Shown here: positions 1-11,429 of the stretch, in pieces
Layout of the letters: the number at the start of each line of letters is the position of its first letter
How positions within the stretch are numbered: the stretch's first letter is position 1
DNA from: an uncultured Desulfosarcina sp.
GTDB lineage: Bacteria > Desulfobacterota > Desulfobacteria > Desulfobacterales > Desulfosarcinaceae
DNA length: 64,000 bases
NCBI GenBank assembly: GCA_963674945.2
Contig: CAXXWQ010000002.1
Span: forward strand, 32,001-96,000
Direction of reading: 5' to 3'
The notes under the pieces: generated by a model
The model's input: only the letters and a program-made list of their open reading frames with translations
Told to the model about the DNA's origin: nothing
The model's database searches: none
Translations under genes and position numbers: made by a program

Positions 1-129
1 GATCAATTCTACCAGGTCCAGGCTGTCTGCACCGAGATCATCGACGAATGAGGCTTCCGGAACGACTTCTGAAACATCAACACTAAGCTTTTCCGCGATG
101 ATTTTTATTACTTTGTCCTCAACTGACAT
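1..129 (-). CDS. acpP: acyl carrier protein (3' end runs off the window)
   Basis: Hand translation [43 protein letters not shown] contains the DSL phosphopantetheine motif; AAGGAG RBS; follows fabG. Confidence 0.95.
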   Translation of the reverse strand, partial: MSVEDKVIKIIAEKLSVDVSEVVPEASFVDDLGADSLDLVELI

Positions 130-217
130 GATGTTCTCCTTTCAAGGTTGATGATATCGATTCTTTTGTCTCCATTTTTGAAAGCGGGCAAATTCGCCAT
201 TTCCGGTTAGATTCGAA

Positions 218-964
218 TCACATGTACATTCCACCGTTTACATGAATTATCTGGCCGGTAATGTAGTCCGCGGCCGTTGATGCGAGAAAGGCAACGACGC
301 CGGCAACGTCTCCCGGTGTGCCGATACGCCCCAATGGGATCTGACCGATCATGGCGGCTTTGGCCTTGTCGTTGACCTCGTCGGTCATATCCGTCTCGAT
401 AAAACCGGGGGCAACGACGTTTGCCGTGATGTTCCGGCTGGCCAATTCTTTTGCGACAGCCTTGGTCAGGCCGATGATGCCCGCCTTGGAGGCCACGTAA
501 TTGGCCTGCCCCGGATTGCCGGAAGCGCCCACCACCGATGAGATATTGATGATGCGGCCATATCGCTGTTTCATCATCGCCTTGGCGACACACTTCATGC
601 AGTTGAAGGTCCCCTTCAGGTTGATGTCCAACACTGCATCCCAGTCGGCCTCTTTCATGCGGACCAGCAGGCCGTCCCGTGTGATCCCGGCATTGTTCAC
701 CAGCACGTCGATCCGGCCGGCCTCCTTCAGGATCGTCCCCATGTAGTCGGAAACGGCCAATTCCGAGGCGACATCCACCTTGTGGTAATGTGCGCTGCCG
801 CCTGCGGATTCGATGGCTTGCGCCGTCTCTTCGGCGGCATCCACGTTGCTGCTGAAATTAAAATAGACCTTCGTTCCCGGCGAGGCCAAGGCAATGCAGA
901 TGGCTCTTCCGATACCTCTCGACCCGCCGGTCACAACGACGACGCGTTCGATTGCTTCGGTCAT
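218..964 (-). CDS. fabG: 3-oxoacyl-ACP reductase
   Basis: SDR motifs TGGSRGIG, NNAGITRD and YVASK; GQIIHVNGGM C-terminus; upstream of acpP. Confidence 0.95.
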   Translation of the reverse strand: MTEAIERVVVVTGGSRGIGRAICIALASPGTKVYFNFSSNVDAAEETAQAIESAGGSAHYHKVDVASELAVSDYMGTILKEAGRIDVLVNNAGITRDGLLVRMKEADWDAVLDINLKGTFNCMKCVAKAMMKQRYGRIINISSVVGASGNPGQANYVASKAGIIGLTKAVAKELASRNITANVVAPGFIETDMTDEVNDKAKAAMIGQIPLGRIGTPGDVAGVVAFLASTAADYITGQIIHVNGGMYM

Positions 965-2610
965 GCTGTCCTCTTGAAGATATGGTCGGCAAGTTGATCC
1001 ATGTCGCTTACAAGACTGCGGTAGCTGCCTTCAAGTACCTGTAGATCAAGAGTTTGCAAGAATTGCTCTGCCGTTTCCCCTTCGATGCTTTCGTTGCCCA
1101 GGCCGATGATTCTGGCCTTCTCGGCGATCAATCCGGCACAGGTGTTGGCGAACACCCGCGATGCAGCCAAGGTGATGTCGTCACCCTTGTCTGCGGCCAG
1201 TCTTGCCATGGCATCACCCACCTCCACGTGGGCCATCATGTCGGCCAGCGCGAACATGACCTGTTGATGTCGGGTAAGCCGATTCTCATGGGCAAAATCG
1301 ATCGTCTGCCGCACGGCCCGTGCACAGGCGGCGAAAATTTTGCAGCCGGCCCGGTCGCAATCGCCGTGGAGGGCATCGAGGTGTTGGGCCATATTGTCGT
1401 AATAGGCACCCTTTGTTTTGCGGCTCTTCTTCCAGCGAAATGTGGAGATGATGCTTTGTTGAATTTCGCTGGTGCCTTCGTAAATACAGGTGATCTTGAC
1501 GTCCCGTTTGATCTTTTCGACCCCGAACTCGCAGATGTAGCCGTACCCGCCCAATGCCTGCATGGCGTCATCGGCGGCGCGGTTGGCCGCTTCCGTCGTG
1601 AAAAGCTTGGCGATGGATCCTTCCACCTGCAGGTCTTCGTTTTCACTGTCCAGGCGTCGGGCGACGGCTTCGATGTAAGCGGCAGCGGCCTGCAAGTTGA
1701 CCCAGTGGGGGACGATGAGCTTATTGGTGTACCCTTTCTTTTCCGAAAGGGGACTGCCGAACTGTACACGCTCCTTGGCGTAGGGGATGGCAATTTCCAG
1801 TGCGGCCTCTCCACCGCCCAGGGCCATGGCGGCCACCATGAGCCGTGTGTACCCGAACACCTGGTTGGCCTGCTTGAGCCCTTTCCCGGGGGTATCCCCG
1901 ATCATGTTCGCTACCGGAACGAAGACATTGTTCAAGGTCAATGGAGAAGTGTTGGAGGCCCGGATGCCGTGCTTTTCCTCTCCTTTGTGCTGCTCGAACC
2001 CCTCGGTCCCCTTCTCCACGACGAAAAAAGTGGGACCTTCGGGGGTGTTGGCCAATACGGTGACGAAGTCGGCATAGCCACCAGTGGAGATAAACTGTTT
2101 GGAGCCGTTGATCCGGTAGCCGGTGACATTTCCGGCATCGTCCGTCACCGGTTCGGCCTTCGTCTTCAGGGAGGCCAGGTTGCTGCCGGCTTCCGGTTCG
2201 GTTACCGCATAGGCCACCAGGCTGTTTCCCTCGGCCACGGCGCCGAGCCACTTGGTTTTCTGTTCCTCGGTGCCACCGACGATGATGGGGTCCGAGCCCA
2301 ACTGGATGGCAAAAAATGCCGTTCCCACACCCAGACAAATTTTGCTCATCTGTCGGGTTACTGCACAGCAATCCATGGCACCGCCACCCATCCCGCCATA
2401 TTCTTCAGGAATGAAGAGCAGCTGGAGCCCGATCTCCGGGCTGAGCATCTCCCGAATTGCGGCTTCGGGAAAGATTTCATCACGGTCCCATTCCAGGACG
2501 GCCTTTTTCGTGAGCAGGCGGCTGGACAACTGGCGGACGGTGTCGATGACCATCTCGCGTGTTTCTTCATCCAAGCCACCCTGGGGGCGATGGCTTCCGG
2601 TATCGGTCAT
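961..2610 (-). CDS. acyl-CoA dehydrogenase family protein with C-terminal extension
   Basis: Motifs YAVTEPEAGSN, NGSKQFIS, ERVQFG, QALGGYGY, IYEGTSEIQ; stop overlaps the fabG start (ATGA). Confidence 0.92.
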   Translation of the reverse strand: MTDTGSHRPQGGLDEETREMVIDTVRQLSSRLLTKKAVLEWDRDEIFPEAAIREMLSPEIGLQLLFIPEEYGGMGGGAMDCCAVTRQMSKICLGVGTAFFAIQLGSDPIIVGGTEEQKTKWLGAVAEGNSLVAYAVTEPEAGSNLASLKTKAEPVTDDAGNVTGYRINGSKQFISTGGYADFVTVLANTPEGPTFFVVEKGTEGFEQHKGEEKHGIRASNTSPLTLNNVFVPVANMIGDTPGKGLKQANQVFGYTRLMVAAMALGGGEAALEIAIPYAKERVQFGSPLSEKKGYTNKLIVPHWVNLQAAAAYIEAVARRLDSENEDLQVEGSIAKLFTTEAANRAADDAMQALGGYGYICEFGVEKIKRDVKITCIYEGTSEIQQSIISTFRWKKSRKTKGAYYDNMAQHLDALHGDCDRAGCKIFAACARAVRQTIDFAHENRLTRHQQVMFALADMMAHVEVGDAMARLAADKGDDITLAASRVFANTCAGLIAEKARIIGLGNESIEGETAEQFLQTLDLQVLEGSYRSLVSDMDQLADHIFKRTA

Positions 2611-2636
2611 GTTTGCTTTTTCCTTTGGGTGGGGGA

Positions 2637-2816
2637 TCAGTCTTCCTCAGGGTTGACGTTCTTTCCTTTGTAATCACCACATTCCGGGCAGGCATGATGG
2701 GGAAGTTTGGCTTCGCCGCATTCCGGGCAGGTGCCAACGGTGGGGGCTTCGGTCTTTTTATGGGTGCGTCGTTTATCCCTTTTTGACTTGGATGTCTTGT
2801 GTTTTGGTACAGCCAT
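2637..2816 (-). CDS. rpmF: 50S ribosomal protein L32
   Basis: Not in the ORF track; hand translation [19 protein letters not shown]...CPECG...[13 protein letters not shown] (59 aa, zinc ribbon). Confidence 0.96.
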   Translation of the reverse strand: MAVPKHKTSKSKRDKRRTHKKTEAPTVGTCPECGEAKLPHHACPECGDYKGKNVNPEED

Positions 2817-2887
2817 GAGTAATCTCCTAACTATCTTAAATTCTTGTGTCTTTATGGATTCAACCCTGAACTCTGCGGGTTGCGCCT

Positions 2888-2916
2888 CTAGTAATTAAAA
2901 TGGTGGTGAATGTCAA
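2888..2916 (-). promoter_or_regulatory. putative sigma70 promoter of the rpmF operon
   Basis: Minus strand TTGACA-17 nt-TACTAG, about 70 nt upstream of rpmF. Confidence 0.5.
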
Positions 2917-3235
2917 GGACAATTGCAAAAAAAATCTTTTGTTTGTAGTCTTGTCCCCCTTATTCCGATGTGATAATGAGGTGGCCGGAAATGATTAATG
3001 TGGCATTGGCAGAATAAAATTATTTTAATAAAACATATGGTTATGTCGATATTTGATTCCATCCCGGCAATGGCAGCAGGCCATGGCGATTCCTCTGCCG
3101 GTTTTCGTCAATTGAACGCGACACGGACGGTGATCCGGCGAAAGGCCTTTTCATCGATGTCTTATTGTCTCCATCATAATTTCTAGGTGAGTTAAATAGT
3201 GCAACTCTTTACTACGACTTTACAAGGTAAATGAA

Positions 3236-4654
3236 ATGAAGACCATTATTACCCGATTTCCTCCGAGTCCAACGGGTTACCTGCATGTTGGCGGGGCACG
3301 GACCGCTTTGTTCAACTGGCTTTACGCCCGAAAAAATAAGGGAAAGTTTGTCTTGCGCATCGAAGATACGGATGCGGTACGTTCGACCCAGGCGTCGGTG
3401 GATGCCATCTTTGAGGCCATGGCGTGGCTGGGACTCGATTGGGACGAGGGGCCCTATTTCCAGACCCGGCGATTTGACATTTATCGGGAGTATCTTCAGC
3501 GGCTTCTGGATTCCGGGAATGCCTACCACTGTACGTGCTCACCGGAGGAAGTGGCGGAGATGCGAAAAAATGCCATGGCCATAGGCGCAAAGCCAAAATA
3601 TGATGGCCGCTGCCGAGAGCGCGGGCTCGGCAAAACCGAAGGTGCCGTGATTCGGTTCAAGGCACCCATGACCGGAACCACGGTGGTCGAGGACGCCATC
3701 AAGGGGAACATCGTTTTCCAGAATGCCGAGCAGGATGATTTCGTGATTTGCCGTAGCGACGGTACGCCGACCTACAACTTCGTGGTGGTCGTGGACGACA
3801 TTACCATGGGAATCAACACGATCATTCGGGGCGACGACCATGTCATGAACACGCCGAAACAGATTCTTCTCTACAGGGCCTTGAAAGCGCCACTTCCCCT
3901 GTTCGGTCATGTGCCCATGGTGTTGGGCAGGGACAAGACGAGGCTGTCCAAACGTCACGGGGCCATGTCGGTGACGGCATACCGGGACATGGGATTTTTG
4001 CCAGATGCCTTCATCAATTATCTGGTTCGTCTGGGATGGTCCCACGGCGATCAGGAATTTTTCACCCGCCAGGAGCTGGTGGAAAAGTTCAATCTGGAGA
4101 ACATCGGAAAATCGGCAAGCGTCTTCGATACGGACAAGCTCATCGCCCTCAATGCGGACCACATCCGGGCCACTGCCGTGGGGGATCTTGCCCCCCTTGC
4201 ACTGCCTTTCTTCCAGGCCAGGGGATATGACGCCAGCCGTGGCGATTATCTCGAAGGTGTCATCGGCACCCTGCATACCCGCAGCAAAACCCTGGTGGAA
4301 ATGGCCGAAGGGGCCCATTTCTTTTACCGCGACAATGTAACACCCTATGATAAGAAGGCTGCGGAAAAGTACTTTACGCCTTCAACGGCCGCGGTCCTTT
4401 CCATGCTGGCAGAAAGGCTGGATGCCCTGGCGGACTTGACGCAAAAAAGTCAGGAGGGCGCATTTAAAGCGGTGATGGAAAAGACCGGACTGGGCTTCGG
4501 AAAGATCGCCCAGCCGGTGCGTTTGGCCTTGACCGGTACCATCGTGAGCCCCGGTATTTTCGAGGTCATCGAGGTGCTGGGCAAGGATCGGGTGTTGACG
4601 CGGCTCACGGCGGCGGTGGAATTTATTAAAAGTGGTGCACATACCGAACGTTGA
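3236..4654 (+). CDS. gltX: glutamate--tRNA ligase
   Basis: RFPPSPTGYLHVGG (HIGH-like), LRIEDTD, IRGDDH and RLSKR (KMSKS-like) motifs. Confidence 0.97.
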   Translation: MKTIITRFPPSPTGYLHVGGARTALFNWLYARKNKGKFVLRIEDTDAVRSTQASVDAIFEAMAWLGLDWDEGPYFQTRRFDIYREYLQRLLDSGNAYHCTCSPEEVAEMRKNAMAIGAKPKYDGRCRERGLGKTEGAVIRFKAPMTGTTVVEDAIKGNIVFQNAEQDDFVICRSDGTPTYNFVVVVDDITMGINTIIRGDDHVMNTPKQILLYRALKAPLPLFGHVPMVLGRDKTRLSKRHGAMSVTAYRDMGFLPDAFINYLVRLGWSHGDQEFFTRQELVEKFNLENIGKSASVFDTDKLIALNADHIRATAVGDLAPLALPFFQARGYDASRGDYLEGVIGTLHTRSKTLVEMAEGAHFFYRDNVTPYDKKAAEKYFTPSTAAVLSMLAERLDALADLTQKSQEGAFKAVMEKTGLGFGKIAQPVRLALTGTIVSPGIFEVIEVLGKDRVLTRLTAAVEFIKSGAHTER

Positions 4655-5591
4655 ACCGTGATCCCTCCGGCCGGTTTTCGGCATCCGTTTCAAAGTAGAG
4701 ATTGAAGAAGAGATGGCTTCCCTTTGAAAAGCTCAGCACTGCCCCGGGGCCGATGGCAAAGACGCTCTCCTTGCTGTCGTCGATGCTGTTGCCGTCCACC
4801 TCGGAGTCGGTGATCTGTTTGAGGTAATAGCCATTGACACCGAGTCGCAGCATGGGGGAGATGACCTCGTAGGCGGAGGCGAAGTTGAGGTGAATGGCCT
4901 GGCCCGCCTGGGAGTCCGATGCACCCCCATACAGCAACCGATTGGGTTCATCGTTTTCCGCGTTCCACAGGTAGTGAACCCGCAAGGACGCCGTCCATTG
5001 GGGCATGATGAAGAGCGTTCCGGACCAGTAAGGGTTGAAGGAAAAGACGTTGCTGCCCGGGTTGAGCTCTTTGTCCGCATTGTACTTGCCGGTGGGCAGC
5101 AGCATCTGAAATTCGATGCGATGCATAAAAATTGGTCCATTTTTGCCCATGATGGGATCCCACTGCAGATACGGTCCCACCAGGATGTCGCCGAACCCGG
5201 CGTTGTTGGCATCGGGAAAAAAGGGATTGTTGATGTCGTATTCCAGGTTGGCCGAAACGTAGGGAACGATGAGATCCATTCCCCACTTGGCGCCCAAGAG
5301 CAGGGTCTGGTCGGATTGATAGAGCAGCTGGGTCAGGCTGACCCAGGCCTCCAATTCGGTACCGGGGAGGTTCATGTCATTGCCGTCGGCATCATTGAGC
5401 TGGTCCGCCGTGATATATTGGACATATTGGGTAAAATAGAATCCCGGGCCGGCCGGTGGTGCACCATCCAGAAATGTTGTGAAACCCAAATTGAGTCCCA
5501 AGGGCAGATCATAGGAAAATGCACCGTTTACGAGTACCAGCGACAATAATACGAAAGACAGCACGGAACGTACAACTCGGCGTTTGAACAT
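4626..5591 (-). CDS. outer-membrane beta-barrel, SphA / phenol MetA-pathway transporter family
   Basis: Signal peptide from the ATG at 5591 (GGAG RBS); GFGDI, PTGKY and AIGPG motifs; amphipathic strands and terminal Phe; 3' end overlaps gltX convergently. Confidence 0.75.
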   Translation of the reverse strand: MFKRRVVRSVLSFVLLSLVLVNGAFSYDLPLGLNLGFTTFLDGAPPAGPGFYFTQYVQYITADQLNDADGNDMNLPGTELEAWVSLTQLLYQSDQTLLLGAKWGMDLIVPYVSANLEYDINNPFFPDANNAGFGDILVGPYLQWDPIMGKNGPIFMHRIEFQMLLPTGKYNADKELNPGSNVFSFNPYWSGTLFIMPQWTASLRVHYLWNAENDEPNRLLYGGASDSQAGQAIHLNFASAYEVISPMLRLGVNGYYLKQITDSEVDGNSIDDSKESVFAIGPGAVLSFSKGSHLFFNLYFETDAENRPEGSRFNVRYVHHF

Positions 5592-5881
5592 GGCTTCTCC
5601 TTGCGCAATTGCATTGTGAAACAGCTTCGTCATCGTTTAATGGACTTATTCGCGGTGTTTGCTTGTTTTTGCATCGGGGGTATTCTTCTCTCGCCATCAA
5701 AACGGATGGCACGGTCGCTTGTTTCTGTTGAAAGATACATACCGCCACGAAAAAATCAATAGCAACTATTGTTTCGAAGAAAAATCCCTTTTTCGGGAAG
5801 ATGCCGCCGTTGGGCGGCGCTTTCCAATTTGGTCTTGACTCCTTCCGCATTTTTAATGTAAACCGGCACCATCTTTACTGC

Positions 5882-5955
5882 TGGGGGATCGTCTAATGGT
5901 AGGACAGCGGACTCTGACTCCGTCAATCAAGGTTCGAATCCTTGTCCCTCAGCCA
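5882..5955 (+). tRNA. tRNA-Gln (anticodon CTG)
   Basis: Cloverleaf: acceptor TGGGGGA/TCCCTCA, anticodon arm GCGGA-CTCTGAC-TCCGT, GGTTCGAATCC T-arm, encoded CCA. Confidence 0.96.
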
Positions 5956-5965
5956 AATAAAAAAA

Positions 5966-6007
5966 AAGGGGTTACAGATTGTTGAATCTGTAACCCCTTC
6001 GGTTTTT
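5966..6007 (+). terminator. hairpin / probable intrinsic terminator after tRNA-Gln
   Basis: 15-bp inverted repeat AAGGGGTTACAGATT-gttg-AATCTGTAACCCCTT flanked by an A run and a T run. Confidence 0.7.
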
Positions 6008-6569
6008 ATGCCCCGTGTAAGCACTATGTAAGCAAATTTGATCAATTCGAATGGACCGGTTTTGGCTATGATTACGCAAAAGGAAGCCGGACCATCGGGG
6101 AGTGATGGCCCGGCCGGATGAAGATGAAGCACAGGAAGTTTGCGAACTATTCTATGGCCGATTTGTTATGGTTTTATTAGACCGCTGCCGGGGAAGCCGG
6201 ATGTTCGACGCACCCACTTATCACGGGTATTTAGAGAATCAATTTGATCTGACACAATTTCAACCGATTATAGCTTTATATGATCTTAGTCTGGTCTGAT
6301 CGGTTAGGCCTGCATTGTTCGGCATCTGTGTTGATTATTACATGGGCAATCTCATTCATTGGGTTTGCCCATTTTTAATTCAAGTGCCGTCTCCCTCGGT
6401 CGATACAATCATTGTGGGAGGTGGTCTCCCACTTTCAAAAAACGTTTTAGATAAGGCCCTGAAATCTTATTGGGGCCTTATCTATTTTTGGAGGGTCGGT
6501 AAAGAAACGACCGCCAGTTGCCAAGGTTGTCAGGGCTTCAATGACATCGGGAAAAGGTGGGGAGCGGGG

Positions 6570-6827
6570 TTATCCTTCATCGTTGGCTGATCCATCATAA
6601 ACCACCTCGCCGTTTTCCTTGGAAATGATGATGGCACGAGAGATTTGCGGGCCGGCTCCCATACTTGGCGCCTGGGTATACCAACATTCCTCACTAACCG
6701 CCGGCGCAACATAGATGTTCCAATTTTCCGGCTTCAATTCATAAATTTCGAACGATTCTATTGGTGGGGCGCATTGCTTTTGGGCGATCCTGAGGGCTTC
6801 GTCTTTGCCGATGGGAGTCTTTTTCAT
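6570..6827 (-). CDS. small hypothetical protein, possible orphan immunity-like protein
   Basis: 85 aa from MKKTPIGK with a GAGGA RBS; C-terminal IIISKENGEVVYDGSANDEG; adjacent to the Rhs locus. Confidence 0.55.
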   Translation of the reverse strand: MKKTPIGKDEALRIAQKQCAPPIESFEIYELKPENWNIYVAPAVSEECWYTQAPSMGAGPQISRAIIISKENGEVVYDGSANDEG

Positions 6828-6844
6828 CGCTTCTTCCTCAGCAT

Positions 6845-7369
6845 GTGTTTTGTTCATCATACATGCCATCCTTGACTGTAACTCTTGCCGTTGCAGATGA
6901 CCTGTATCTGGAAGGGGCTCTCACCAGCGACACATACGCTTCCATGGGTAATATCATCACCCAAAACAGCTGCACGGTGGACGATGGTGTGGCTGTGACA
7001 TTGGAGACGGAGGCGACTGTCAAACTGAGGCCGACCACCGCGATCAAATCCGGAGGCACGCTCACTGTCGTCACTCTCGACGACGGCCTTCCCAACGACT
7101 GGGAGCTTCAGTATTTTCCTGACCTATCGCAAGGGCCGACCGATGATTATGACGGTGACGGGTTAAACAACCTGGCTGAATACAATCTTGGCCTGGACCC
7201 CTCCGACGGCGTCATGGACTCCGATGGCGATGGCATTCCCGACTGGTGGGAAGTCATTAACTTAGGCGGTGACCTGTCGCACGAAAATGATACTTTGAAT
7301 CCAGGCGATTATTATATTTACGATGCAAGAGGAAGGATGACCCATTTTATCAAGGTACAACCAAGATGA
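6845..7369 (+). pseudogene. probable 5'-truncated protein with DxDGDG Ca-binding repeats and one terminal YD repeat
   Basis: DDYDGDGLNN, DSDGDGIPDWWE and YIYDARGR; no signal peptide or RBS, and the start lies only 18 bp from a divergent gene start. Confidence 0.55.
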
Positions 7370-7499
7370 TCGATATCTCTTCCTCACTTAATTCATCATT
7401 TATCTGGTCTTTCAACTGTGAAATTACATACGGATTCAACCCCATTAATGCTAAACTTCCATTTTCCATTCAAGCATAAGCAGAGCAATAAGGGAGAGA

Positions 7500-10400
7500 A
7501 TGATGAGGCGAATTTCTGCTTTTTTGAACAATGTTTTTCACTTTAAGGCGAAATTGATGTCGGTTAAATCAATTGCCATAACCATATCCGTTATCCTATT
7601 TGGATTTCACTTCACTTTGTTTTTCAGCCAAGATGTCTTTGGGTCTGCTCTAAGCCCTAATTGTGGTTCTTTTCACGATGCTCAATGGACTGCCGGAAGT
7701 ATAAATTATATTGGTCATGTAATGGGAGTTTACGATACCTACGATGAAGCTGAAGCTGCAATTCTGTCAAACCATCTGACAGACCCTATTAGCTATGTTC
7801 TCGACTCTACTTACCTACCTTATATGTACTCGGGACCTGTCGAGCCACCTGATATCTCCGCTATCTGCCACGTGGATAGTACATTTAATTCAGAAACACA
7901 AATGTTTGACGACGTCCTGTACGCTTATTTTATACTGTCAGCCTTTGATTGCTGCGATGGAAACGATTTCGACGGAGATGGCGTAGGCGACTGTACAGAC
8001 AATTGTATAGAGGCGTCAAACCCAGACCAACTGGATCACGATGGTGACGGTGTGGGCGATGCCTGCGACTGGGAGACCGAACTTTACTTGGGATATGAAA
8101 TCTATCCCCCCCATACGATCTGCCCGATCAATGAAAAAAAAGGTGACCCGATAAACATTTTAAGCGGCAACTTGGTGGAAAGAGAGAGGGATATCTCACT
8201 CCCATCACCCTTTCATAATGGTTTGGTTTTCAAACGATTCTATAACAGCCAGTCCACTTCGAGCGGAGCCCTCGGATACGGATGGTCTCATAGTTTCAGT
8301 GCCGTACTGACCACTAACTACTCCGATTCCAGTATGATTAAAATCAAAGATGAATCCGGACGAGGCTTGTTTTTTTCAACAACAGACAATATCAACTTCA
8401 TTGGTCTTTACAATGAAAAGAGTTCAGTCGTGTTGGAAAATAACGAATATGTGTGGAAGCGTAACGACAGCCTGCTTTATTTCTTTGATGAGTACGGCGT
8501 TTTGATAAGAATTGAGGATCGAAATGGCAACCAGCTATCACTCTCATATAATAGCTACAACCGCTTGGAAACGATTCTTGATCAATCCAGCAACCGTAGC
8601 CTGACATTTTATTATAATGCGAATAACAATCTTGACCATATTGTCGGGCCAGTCACCCAAAGCATTCCCAATGGCATCTGGGTTTCTTTTGGATACGACA
8701 CCAATAACAATTTGGATTCAGTCACTTATGCTGATGGGTCTGGATTTGATTATAAGTATGAGGATCCAAACGATGATCACAATCTGACCCAAAAAAGTGA
8801 TAAGCAGTCAAACACTTTAGCAACATGGTTCTATGGATACAATGACAAAGCTTATAAGAACATAAACAGAGAAGGAACAGGAGTCACCATCCTTTTCGTG
8901 AGTGAAACTCAGGTAGATGTAACGGACGCTTACGATTTTACCCGCTCGTACACGATTGATTCGTCAATTGATGCCCGCAAACGTATTATCCAGGCTCAGG
9001 GAACGGTTGGATGTTCAACCTGCAATGAAGATGTAGTTCGGATTGACTATGATACCAGCGGCAGAATTATGGAAAAAGAGTACGCCAATGGAAGAATTGA
9101 TAGTTTTGAAGACTATGACAGCCAGGATAATGCAACGACCGTGAGGCTTGCTTCTGGGGCTGTTGATGAACGTGTTATCCATTTCACCTACGATGAAACA
9201 AGCTTTCCATACTTGAGACTGCTGCTTAGCCGTACTGAAATCAGCACGTTGGATACGGGTGACGGATCTCGCCTGAAAGAAACCATCTGGGATTATGACG
9301 ATGACGGCAATACAATTCCAAATGAAAATCCCACGCCACGATTGAGCCGGTTAATCGAAAAGGGGTTTACCTATGATGAAAATGGGGAAGTCATTGCCTA
9401 TGAATATGTAACAGCATATTATTACAATCCAGAAGGGCAAATTGAAAGTGTCGATGGACCGCTTTCTGGTGCGGATGACACAACAGCGTTTACATATTAT
9501 CCACTGACAGGCGACCTGGAAACCATTACCCGACCGATAGTAGGAACAACAACATTTGGAGGCTACGATGCCGCCGGCAATCCCGGTAACGTTGTCGACC
9601 GGAACAATGTGCTAACGACCTTTGATCAATATGACGGTCGCAACCGATTGCTGGGTTGGACCACCAATGGTATCCCTCAATCCAGAAGCTACGACATTTC
9701 GGGAAATATCGTCACCGAAACCGACGGTGCGCAAAGATCGATTGGATTTGGCTATTATGACTCTACACATGGCGTCCTTAAAAATGGTTTGCTCAAAACC
9801 ATCACAGACGGTCGTAGCAATTACCAGCAATACAACTACGATGACCAGGGAAATATAAACGATGTATCTTTTCATAGGTCCACAGGTGAACGGAAGTTTT
9901 GGCAACGCTTTGATTACCAGTCACCGGACAGTCCGGGAAAACTTTGGAAAATCATCCGGAGAAACTATGAGGATACCTCGGATTTGGAGACTATTTACGG
10001 TTATGATGCCGCAGGCAACACAGACAGTATAACCGATGCTCTGCTCAATGAGAGCACCATCCTTTATGATGCCTTTAACAGGCCGTTTACGATAAATCAG
10101 CCGGAAAACCAAGTTATTATTTATGGTTACGACAGGCATGGCAACCTTTATTCGGTGAAAGATGCGAAAGAACTGGAAACAATATTCGTTTTTGATGATA
10201 TGAGCCGCATGGTTAAGCGGAATTCCCCTGATACCGGGACAACCCGATATGCCTACAATGAGGTTGGCGCCATTGAAACCATGGTAAAAAATAGCGGTAT
10301 AACCGTTGCTTACAGTTATGATGCCCTTAACCGACTGAGAGTCGAGGATTATGCCTATGACAACCTTGATGTCATCTATACCTATGATGCCTACGAAAGC

Positions 10401-11429
10401 GGGGTAAATTACGGTATCGGCAGGTTGACCGGAATGAGTGACGGTTTCAGCAGTTATAGTTATGGATACGATGCGCATGGGAATATAAACAAAGTCACCA
10501 AGATAGTAGACGGCATTTCTTACGTAACCGAATACGCCTATGATTCAGGCAGCTTGCTCGACAAGATGATTATGCCTGGGGGACAAATCGTATCCTATAA
10601 TCGAGATAGTGCCGGTCAAGTTTCGGGGGTGGATTACAAACAAAGCGATGCCTCACCATTACAAATTCTTGCTTACGGCATTTACTACGAGCCCTTCGGA
10701 CCGATGAAAACCCTCTCTGCATGGTCCAACAACAGCGACTCGGTGAGAACTTACGATTTAAGCTATGGGATCGATACAATCTATGATAGTACGATCAATG
10801 GCGGCGTTACGATCCAGGAGCTTGAATTCATACATGATGATGTCGGCAACATCACCGATATTTTGAATACAGCAGACAGCACCCGTGACCAACATTTCAA
10901 CAATGATGATTTATATCGCATCGATTCTTTTATGGGAATTTATGGATCGGTTGATTTCACCGACGACTATAATTTCACCAGCTACGATCCAAATGGCAAC
11001 CGAGAGTGGTATAGAAGATATGACTTTTGGTGGAATGGGTTCAATTATGAGATGGAGAAGATCAATTACAGCTATGATTCCGACAGCAATAAACTGGTTG
11101 ATAAACAGGTTCTGTCTGGAGTATTACAACCACGACCACTACCGTACACAGTAATCTACAGCCACGACGATGATGGAAACTTGGTTTCATCGGCGGCAGA
11201 GACGGCGGTTTCTGTGACGGCCACGCCCACGGAATATGTTTACAACCCACTGGGACAAAGAATAAAGAAAATCCACGGGGGTTTGACGACCAATTATCAT
11301 TATGACAAGGACGGCCGATTGATCGGAGAAAGTGACGTCCTGGGCAATTTGACGCAGTTATACATCTATCTCAATGGAGTTCCCTTTGCCAACGTTAAGA
11401 TCAATGGTACAAATGAAGATATTTCCTAA
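7500..11429 (+). pseudogene. Rhs/YD-repeat protein, N-terminal part (interrupted by IS1380)
   Basis: N-terminal hydrophobic segment, thrombospondin type 3-like repeats (DNCIEASNPDQLDHDGDGVGDACD), DUF6531-like GDPIN...LGYGWSH and many YD repeats; the stop codon lies inside the IS left end. Confidence 0.9.

Noticed and set aside
1054..2673. Long antisense ORFs (also 23570-25186, 33839-35164, 37291-38586, 43707-44978)
   Set aside because: Shadows of well-supported genes on the opposite strand in GC-rich sequence; no motifs of their own.
5956..6570. Prophage or integrase at tRNA-Gln; short ORFs 6102-6299 and 6315-6590
   Set aside because: No integrase or phage motifs; the ORFs lack an RBS or recognisable features.
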